49,190 bases of DNA, taken from Nemertoderma westbladi. Taxonomy: Eukaryota; Animalia; Xenacoelomorpha. Below, piece by piece: positions 40,601 through 49,190 of the stretch. The notes beneath the pieces were generated by a model. It had not been told where the DNA came from. It did no database searches and saw nothing but the letters and a program-made list of their open reading frames with translations. The stretch covers positions 1 through 49,190 of the forward strand of contig JAUCBJ010001146.1 of assembly GCA_032718475.1 (NCBI GenBank), read 5' to 3'. The stretch's first letter is position 1. Each line of letters begins with the position of its first letter. The position numbers were made by a program, and so were the translations under genes.

Positions 40601-43600
40601 TTTGTAGTTTTATAAGACATTTAGTTTAAGAACGTGGGTCCGCGCCCAGTTTGTAGTTTTATTAGACATTTAGTTTAAGAACGTGGCTCCACGCCTGGTT
40701 TGTAGTTTTATTAGATATTTAGTTTAAGAACGTGGGTCCGCACCCAGTTTGTAGTTTTATAAGACATTTAGTTTAAGAACGTGGGTCCGCGCCCGGTTTG
40801 TAGTTTTATTAGATATTTAGTTTAAGAACGTGGCACCGCGCCGGTTTGTAGTTTTATTAGATATTTAGTTAAAGAACGTGGCTCCACGCCTGGTTTGTAG
40901 TTTTATTAGACATTTAGTTTGAGAACGTGGGTCCGCGCCCGGTTTGTAGTTTTATTAGACATTTAGTTTGAGAACGTGGCACCGCGCCCGGTTTGTAGTT
41001 TTATTAGACATTTAGTTTAAGAACGTGGCTCCACGCCTGGTTTGTAGTTTTATTAGACATTTAGTTTGAGAACGTGGCACCGCGCCCGGTTTGTAGTTTT
41101 ATTAGACATTTAGTTTGAGAACGTGGCACCGCGCCCGGTTTGTAGTTTTATTAGACATTTAGTTTAAGAACGTGGCTCCGCGCCCGGTTTGTAGTTTTAT
41201 TAGACATTTAGTTTGAGAACGTGGCACCGCGCCCGGTTTGTAGTTTTATTAGACATTTAGTTTGAGAACGTGGCACCGCGCCCGGTTTGTAGTTTTATTA
41301 GACATTTAGTTTAAGAACGTGGCTCCACGCCTGGTTTGTAGTTTTATTAGACATTTAGTTTGAGAACGTGGCACCGCGCCCGGTTTGTAGTTTTATTAGA
41401 CATTTAGTTTAAGAACGTGGCTCCGCGCCCGGTTTGTAGTTTTATTAGACATTTAGTTTAAGAACGTGGCTCCGCGCCCAGTTTGTAGTTTTATTAGACA
41501 TTTAGTTTAAGAACGTGGCTCCGCGCCCAGTTTGTAGTTTTATTAGACATTTAGTTTAAGAACGTGGCTCCACGCCTGGTTTGTAGTTTTATTAGACATT
41601 TAGTTTGAGAACGTGGCACCGCGCCCGGTTTGTAGTTTTATTAGACATTTAGTTTAAGAACGTGGCTCCGCGCCCGGTTTGTAGTTTTATTAGACATTTA
41701 GTTTAAGAACGTGGCTCCGCGCCCAGTTTGTAGTTTTATTAGACATTTAGTTTAAGAACGTGGCTCCACGCCTGGTTTGTAGTTTTATTAGACATTTAGT
41801 TTGAGAACGTGGGTCCGCACCCAGTTTGTAGTTTTATAAGACATTTAGTTTAAGAACGTGGGTCCGCGCCCGGTTTGTAGTTTTATTAGACATTTAGTTT
41901 AAGAACGTGGCTCCGCGCCCGGTTTGTAGTTTTATTAGACATTTAGTTTGAGAACGTGGCACTGCGCCCGGTTTGTAGTTTTATTAGACATTTAGTTTGA
42001 GAACGTGGCACCGCGCCCGGTTTGTAGTTTTATAAGACATTTAGTTTAAGAACGAGGGTCCGCGCCTGGTTTGTAGTTTTATTAGATATTTAGTATAAGA
42101 ACGTGGCACCGCGCCCGGTTTGTAGTTTTATTTTATATTTAGTTTAAGAACGTGGCACCGCGCCCGGTTTGTAGTTTTATTAGATATTTAGTTTAAGAAC
42201 GTGGCTCCGCGCCCAGTTTGTAGTTTTATTAGACATTTAGTTTGAGAACGTGGCACCGCGCCCGGTTTGTAGTTTTATTAGATATTTAGTTTAAGAACGT
42301 GGCTCCGCGCCCAGTTTGTAGTTTTATTAGACATTTAGTTTAAGAACGTGGCTCCACGCCTGGTTTGTAGTTTTATTAGACATTTAGTTTGAGAACGTGG
42401 CACCGCGCCCGGTTTGTAGTTTTATTAGATATTTAGTATAAGAACGTGGCACCGCGCCCGGTTTGTAGTTTTATTTTATATTTAGTTTAAGAACGTGGCA
42501 CCGCGCCCGGTTTGTAGTTTTATTAGATATTTAGTTTAAGAACGTGGCTCCACGCCCAGTTTGTAGTTTTATTAGACATTTAGTTTAAGAACGTGGCTCC
42601 ACGCCTGGTTTGTAGTTTTATTAGACATTTAGTTTGAGAACGTGGCACCGCGCCCGGTTTGTAGTTTTATTAGACATTTAGTTTAAGAACGTGGGTCCGC
42701 GCTCAGTTTGTAGTTTTATTAGACATTTAGTTTAAGAACGTGGCTCCGCGCCCGGTTTGTAGTTTTATTAGACATTTAGTTTAAGAACGTGGCTCCGCGC
42801 CCAGTTTGTAGTTTTATTAGACATTTAGTTTAAGAACGTGGCTCCACGCCCAGTTTGTAGTTTTATTAGACATTTAGTTTAAGAACGTGGCTCCGCGCCC
42901 AGTTTGTAGTTTTATTAGACATTTAGTTTAAGAACGTGGCACCGCGCCAGGTTTGTAGTTTTATTAGATATTTAGTTTATGAACGTGGCACCGCGCCCGG
43001 TTTGTAGTTTTATTAGATATTTAGTTTATGAACGTGGCACCGCGCCCGGTTTTTACTGTTATTAGATTATTTAGTTTAAGAACGTGGCACCGCGCCCGTT
43101 TTGTAGTGTTATTAGATATTTAGTTTAAGAATATGGCGCCGCGCCCGGTTTGTAGTTTTATTAGATATTTAGTTTAAGAATATGGCGCCGCGCCCGGTTT
43201 GTAGTTTTATTAGACATTTAGTTTGAGAACGTGGCACCGCGCCCGGTTTGTAGTTTTATTAGACATTTAGTTTAAGAACGTGGCTCCGCGCCCGGTTTGT
43301 AGTTTTATTAGACATTTAGTTTAAGAACGTGGCTCCGCGCCCAGTTTGTAGTTTTACTAGACATTTAGTTTAAGAACGTGGCTCCACGCCCAGTTTGTAG
43401 TTTTATTAGACATTTAGTTTAAGAACGTGGCTCCGCGCCCGGTTTGTAGTTTTATTAGACATTTAGTTTAAGAACGTGGCACCACGCCCGGTTTGTAGTT
43501 TTATTAGATATTTAGTATAAGAACGTGGCACCGCGCCCGGTTTGTAGTTTTATTAGATATTTAGTTTATGAACGTGGCACCGCGCCCGGTTTGTAGTTTT

Positions 43601-46600
43601 ATTAGATATTTAGTTTATGAACGTGGCACCGCGCCCGGTTTCTACTGTTATTAGATTATTTAGTTTAAGAACGTGGCACCGCGCCCGGTTTGTAGTGTTA
43701 TTAGATATTTAGTTTAAGAATATGGCGCCGCGCCCGGTTTGTAGTTTTATTAGATATTTTGTATAAGAACGTGGCACCGCACCCGGTTTGTAGTTTTATA
43801 TTATATTTAGTTTAAGAACGTGGCACCACGCCCGGTTTGTAGTTTTATTAGATATTTTGTATAAGAAGTTTGTAGTTTTATGAGATATTTAGTATAAGAA
43901 ACGTGGCACGGCGCCCGGTTTGTAGTTTTATTAGATATTTAGTTTAAGAACGTGGCACCGCGCCCAGTTTGTAGTTTCATTAGAAATTTAGTTTAAGAAC
44001 GTGGCACCGCGCCCGGTTTGTAGTTTTATATTATATTTAGTTTAAGAACGTGGCACCACGCCCGGTTTGTAGTTTTATTAGATATTTTGTATAAGAACGT
44101 GGCACCGCGCCCGGTTTGTAGTTTTATATTATATTTAGTTTAAGAACGTGGCGCCGCGCCCGGTTTGTAGTTTTATATAATATTTAGTTTAAGAACGTGG
44201 CACCACGCCCGGTTTGTAGTTTTATTAGATATTTAGTATAAAAACGTGGCACCGCGCCCGGTTTGTAGTTTTATATTATATTTAGTTTAAGAACGTGGCG
44301 CCGCGCCCGGTTTGTAGTTTTATATTATATTTAGTTTAAGAACGTGGCACCACGCCCGGTTTGTAGTTTTATTAGATATTTAGTATAAAAACGTGGCACC
44401 GCGCCCGGTTTGTAGTTTTATTAGATATTTAGTTTAAGAACGTGGCACCGCGCCCAGTTTGTAGTTTTATTAGAAATTTAGTTTAAGAACGTGCCACCGC
44501 GCCCGGTTTGTAGTTTTATATTATATTTAGTTTAAGAACGTGGCACCACGCCCGGTTTGTAGTTTTATTAGATATTTTGTATAAGAACGTGGCACCGCGC
44601 CCGGTTTGTAGTTTTATATTATATTTTGTATAAGAACGTGGCGCCGCGCCCGGTTTGTAGTTTTATATTATATTTAGTTTAAGAACGTGGCACCACGCCC
44701 GGTTTGTAGTTTTATTAGATATTTAGTATAAGAACGTGGCACCGCGCCCGGTTTGTAGTTTTATTAGATATTTAGTTTAAGAACGTGGCACCGCGCCCGG
44801 TTTGTAGTTTTATTAGACATTTAGTTTAAGAACGTGGCTCCGCGCCCAGTTTGTAGTTTTATTAGACATTTAGTTTAAGAACGTGGCTCCACGCCTGGTT
44901 TGTAGTTTTATTAGACATTTAGTTTGAGAACGTGGGTCCGCACCCAGTTTGTAGTTTTATAAGACATTTAGTTTAAGAACGTGGGTCCGCGCCCGGTTTG
45001 TAGTTTTATTAGACATTTAGTTTAAGAACGTGGCTCCGCGCCCGGTTTGTAGTTTTATTAGACATTTAGTTTGAGAACGTGGCACTGCGCCCGGTTTGTA
45101 GTTTTATTAGACATTTAGTTTGAGAACGTGGCACCGCGCCCGGTTTGTAGTTTTATAAGACATTTAGTTTAAGAACGAGGGTCCGCGCCTGGTTTGTAGT
45201 TTTATTAGATATTTAGTATAAGAACGTGGCACCGCGCCCGGTTTGTAGTTTTATTTTATATTTAGTTTAAGAACGTGGCACCGCGCCCGGTTTGTAGTTT
45301 TATTAGATATTTAGTTTAAGAACGTGGCTCCGCGCCCAGTTTGTAGTTTTATTAGACATTTAGTTTGAGAACGTGGCACCGCGCCCGGTTTGTAGTTTTA
45401 TTAGATATTTAGTTTAAGAACGTGGCTCCGCGCCCAGTTTGTAGTTTTATTAGACATTTAGTTTAAGAACGTGGCTCCACGCCTGGTTTGTAGTTTTATT
45501 AGACATTTAGTTTGAGAACGTGGCACCGCGCCCGGTTTGTAGTTTTATTAGATATTTAGTATAAGAACGTGGCACCGCGCCCGGTTTGTAGTTTTATTTT
45601 ATATTTAGTTTAAGAACGTGGCACCGCGCCCGGTTTGTAGTTTTATTAGATATTTAGTTTAAGAACGTGGCTCCACGCCCAGTTTGTAGTTTTATTAGAC
45701 ATTTAGTTTAAGAACGTGGCTCCACGCCTGATTTGTAGTTTTATTAGACATTTAGTTTGAGAACGTGGCACCGCGCCCGGTTTGTAGTTTTATTAGACAT
45801 TTAGTTTAAGAACGTGGGTCCGCGCTCAGTTTGTAGTTTTATTAGACATTTAGTTTAAGAACGTGGCTCCGCGCCCGGTTTGTAGTTTTATTAGACATTT
45901 AGTTTAAGAACGTGGCTCCGCGCCCAGTTTGTAGTTTTATTAGACATTTAGTTTAAGAACGTGGCTCCACGCCCAGTTTGTAGTTTTATTAGACATTTAG
46001 TTTAAGAACGTGGCTCCGCGCCCGGTTTGTAGTTTTATTAGACATTTAGTTTAAGAACGTGGCACCGCGCCAGGTTTGTAGTTTTATTAGATATTTAGTT
46101 TATGAACGTGGCACCGCGCCCGGTTTGTAGTTTTATTAGATATTTAGTTTATGAACGTGGCACCGCGCCCGGTTTTTACTGTTATTAGATTATTTAGTTT
46201 AAGAACGTGGCACCGCGCCCGTTTTGTAGTGTTATTAGATATTTAGTTTAAGAATATGGCGCCGCGCCCGGTTTGTAGTTTTATTAGATATTTAGTTTAA
46301 GAATATGGCGCCGCGCCCGGTTTGTAGTTTTATTAGACATTTAGTTTGAGAACGTGGCACCGCGCCCGGTTTGTAGTTTTATTAGACATTTAGTTTAAGA
46401 ACGTGGGTCCGCGCTCAGTTTGTAGTTTTATTAGACATTTAGTTTGAGAACGTGGCTCCGCGCCCGGTTTGTAGTTTTATTAGACATTTAGTTTAAGAAC
46501 GTGGCTCCGCGCCCAGTTTGTAGTTTTACTAGACATTTAGTTTAAGAACGTGGCTCCACGCCCAGTTTGTAGTTTTATTAGACATTTAGTTTAAGAACGT

Positions 46601-48742
46601 GGCTCCGCGCCCGGTTTGTAGTTTTATTAGACATTTAGTTTAAGAACGTGGCACCACGCCCGGTTTGTAGTTTTATTAGATATTTAGTATAAGAACGTGG
46701 CACCGCGCCCGGTTTGTAGTTTTATTAGATATTTAGTTTATGAACGTGGCACCGCGCCCGGTTTGTAGTTTTATTAGATATTTAGTTTATGAACGTGGCA
46801 CCGCGCCCGGTTTCTACTGTTATTAGATTATTTAGTTTAAGAACGTGGCACCGCGCCCGGTTTGTAGTGTTATTAGATATTTAGTTTAAGAATATGGCGC
46901 CGCGCCCGGTTTGTAGTTTTATTAGATATTTTGTATAAGAACGTGGCACCGCACCCGGTTTGTAGTTTTATATTATATTTAGTTTAAGAACGTGGCACCA
47001 CGCCCGGTTTGTAGTTTTATTAGATATTTTGTATAAGAAGTTTGTAGTTTTATGAGATATTTAGTATAAGAAACGTGGCACGGCGCCCGGTTTGTAGTTT
47101 TATTAGATATTTAGTTTAAGAACGTGGCACCGCGCCCAGTTTGTAGTTTCATTAGAAATTTAGTTTAAGAACGTGGCACCGCGCCCGGTTTGTAGTTTTA
47201 TATTATATTTAGTTTAAGAACGTGGCACCACGCCCGGTTTGTAGTTTTATTAGATATTTTGTATAAGAACGTGGCACCGCGCCCGGTTTGTAGTTTTATA
47301 TTATATTTAGTTTAAGAACGTGGCGCCGCGCCCGGTTTGTAGTTTTATATAATATTTAGTTTAAGAACGTGGCACCACGCCCGGTTTGTAGTTTTATTAG
47401 ATATTTAGTATAAAAACGTGGCACCGCGCCCGGTTTGTAGTTTTATATTATATTTAGTTTAAGAACGTGGCGCCGCGCCCGGTTTGTAGTTTTATATTAT
47501 ATTTAGTTTAAGAACGTGGCACCACGCCCGGTTTGTAGTTTTATTAGATATTTAGTATAAAAACGTGGCACCGCGCCCGGTTTGTAGTTTTATTAGATAT
47601 TTAGTTTAAGAACGTGGCACCGCGCCCAGTTTGTAGTTTTATTAGAAATTTAGTTTAAGAACGTGCCACCGCGCCCGGTTTGTAGTTTTATATTATATTT
47701 AGTTTAAGAACGTGGCACCACGCCCGGTTTGTAGTTTTATTAGATATTTTGTATAAGAACGTGGCACCGCGCCCGGTTTGTAGTTTTATATTATATTTTG
47801 TATAAGAACGTGGCGCCGCGCCCGGTTTGTAGTTTTATATTATATTTAGTTTAAGAACGTGGCACCACGCCCGGTTTGTAGTTTTATTAGATATTTAGTA
47901 TAAGAACGTGGCACCGCGCCCGGTTTGTAGTTTTATTAGATATTTAGTTTAAGAACGTGGCACCGCGCCCAGTTTGTAGTTTTATTAGAAATTTAGTTTA
48001 AGAACGTGGCGCCGCGCCCAGTTTGTAGTTTTATATTATATTTAGTATAAGAACGTGGCACCGCGCCCGGTTTGTAGTTTTATTAGATATTTAGTTTAAG
48101 AACGTGGCACCGCGCCCAGTTTGTAGTTTTATTAGAAATTTAGTTTAAGAACGTGGCACCACGCCCGGTTTTTAGTTTCATGTTATATTTAGTTTAAGAA
48201 CGTGGCGCCGCGCCCGGTTTGTAGTTTTATATTATATTTAGTTTAAGAATGTGGCACCGCGCCCGGTTTGTAGTTTTATTAGATATTTAGTATAAGAACG
48301 TGGCACCGTGCCCGGTTTGTAGTTTTATTAGATATTTAGTTTAATAATGTGGCGCCGCACCCGGTTTGTAGTTTTATTAGATATTTAGTTTAAGAACGTG
48401 GCGCCGCTCCCGGTTTGTAGTTTTATTAAATATTTAGTTAAAGAACGTGGCACCGCGCCCGGTTTGTAGTTTTTTTAGATATTTGTTTAAGAACATGGCA
48501 CCATGCCCGGTTTGTAGTTTTATTAGATATTTAGTTTAAGAACGTGGCACCGCGGCCGGTTTTTAGTTTTATTAGATATTTAGTTTAAGAACGTGGCGCC
48601 GCACCCGGTTTGTAGTTTTATTAAATATTTAGTTAAAGACGTGGCACCGCGCCCGGTTTGTAGTTTTATTAGATATTTAGTTTAAGAACGTGGCACCGCG
48701 CCCGGTTTGTAGTATTATTAGATATTTAGTTTAAGAACGTGG
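37650..48742. repeat. 49-bp satellite DNA array (~11.1 kb, ~225 monomers)
   Basis: Consensus gtggcaccgcgcccggtttgtagttttattagacatttagtttaagaac, with degenerate monomers at both edges. Confidence 0.98.
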
Positions 48743-49190
48743 TGTTGCAGACTGAGACATTCCAGCACTGTCCCAACTGTTCAGATTGATTGAAATAAAT
48801 GTCTTAATCTTTCAGATTTAATTAAAGAGGGCTAACATCTTACATATGTTTAATTCACAACACCAATACAGCCAATACTGAATACTGCTAGAATACGGTA
48901 CAGGAATAAAGACTGAAAAAACAGGACAACAATAGCCATATATCAAATTGTAACCACTACCAAACTGCTACCGGTACCAACACATTTTATTTAATTACAA
49001 GGCCACTTAGGTTCACAACACTCCCCTGTTAAACATATGTAATTATCAACATAATGAATTACCAGCATTTACAGAAAGTTCATATAACTATATTTTTTAC
49101 TTGCTAAGAATCTTTCAGTTTAAAATAACTTAGTATAATCAATATTTACAATATGTACAATAAGAATCTTAGCATGTGATTTTTTCTCGT

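Noticed and set aside
37650-48742. CRISPR-like regular array
   Set aside because: The whole 49-bp unit repeats with no unique spacers, there are no cas genes, and the context is eukaryotic. It is satellite DNA.

Overview
This is eukaryotic (invertebrate-like), repeat-only DNA with no host gene, organised as a nested stack of transposons followed by satellite. Left to right: (1) a Penelope-like retroelement (RT + GIY-YIG) with direct pseudo-LTRs that each carry a minimal hammerhead ribozyme (1-3330); (2) the 3' end of an RTE-like LINE with a (TAG)n tail; (3) a 31.5-kb minus-strand BEL/Pao LTR element (3914-35385, 5-bp TSD GTAGT, pol deleted); (4) CTCF-motif repeats, a tRNA-like head, a palindromic minisatellite and about 11 kb of 49-bp satellite. 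The large BEL/Pao element contains an inverted solo LTR of a sister family (TSD CAAAT), a structurally complete second BEL/Pao element (7120-21259, TSD TTGAC) and a Helentron-like insertion. Headline: the two BEL/Pao elements have dissimilar LTRs but share two unusual traits. First, neither has a tRNA-type (TGG) primer-binding site; the bases abutting the 5' LTR are exactly complementary to a segment inside the element's own LTR, and the pairing stops precisely at the LTR edge (self-priming geometry). Second, both carry, downstream of pol in the env position, a homologous gene encoding a DEDD-family 3'-5' exonuclease followed by three CCHC zinc knuckles. Together these suggest a possibly undescribed tRNA-independent, exonuclease-assisted priming system in BEL/Pao retrotransposons. 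That mechanism is a hypothesis; the sequence features are directly visible.
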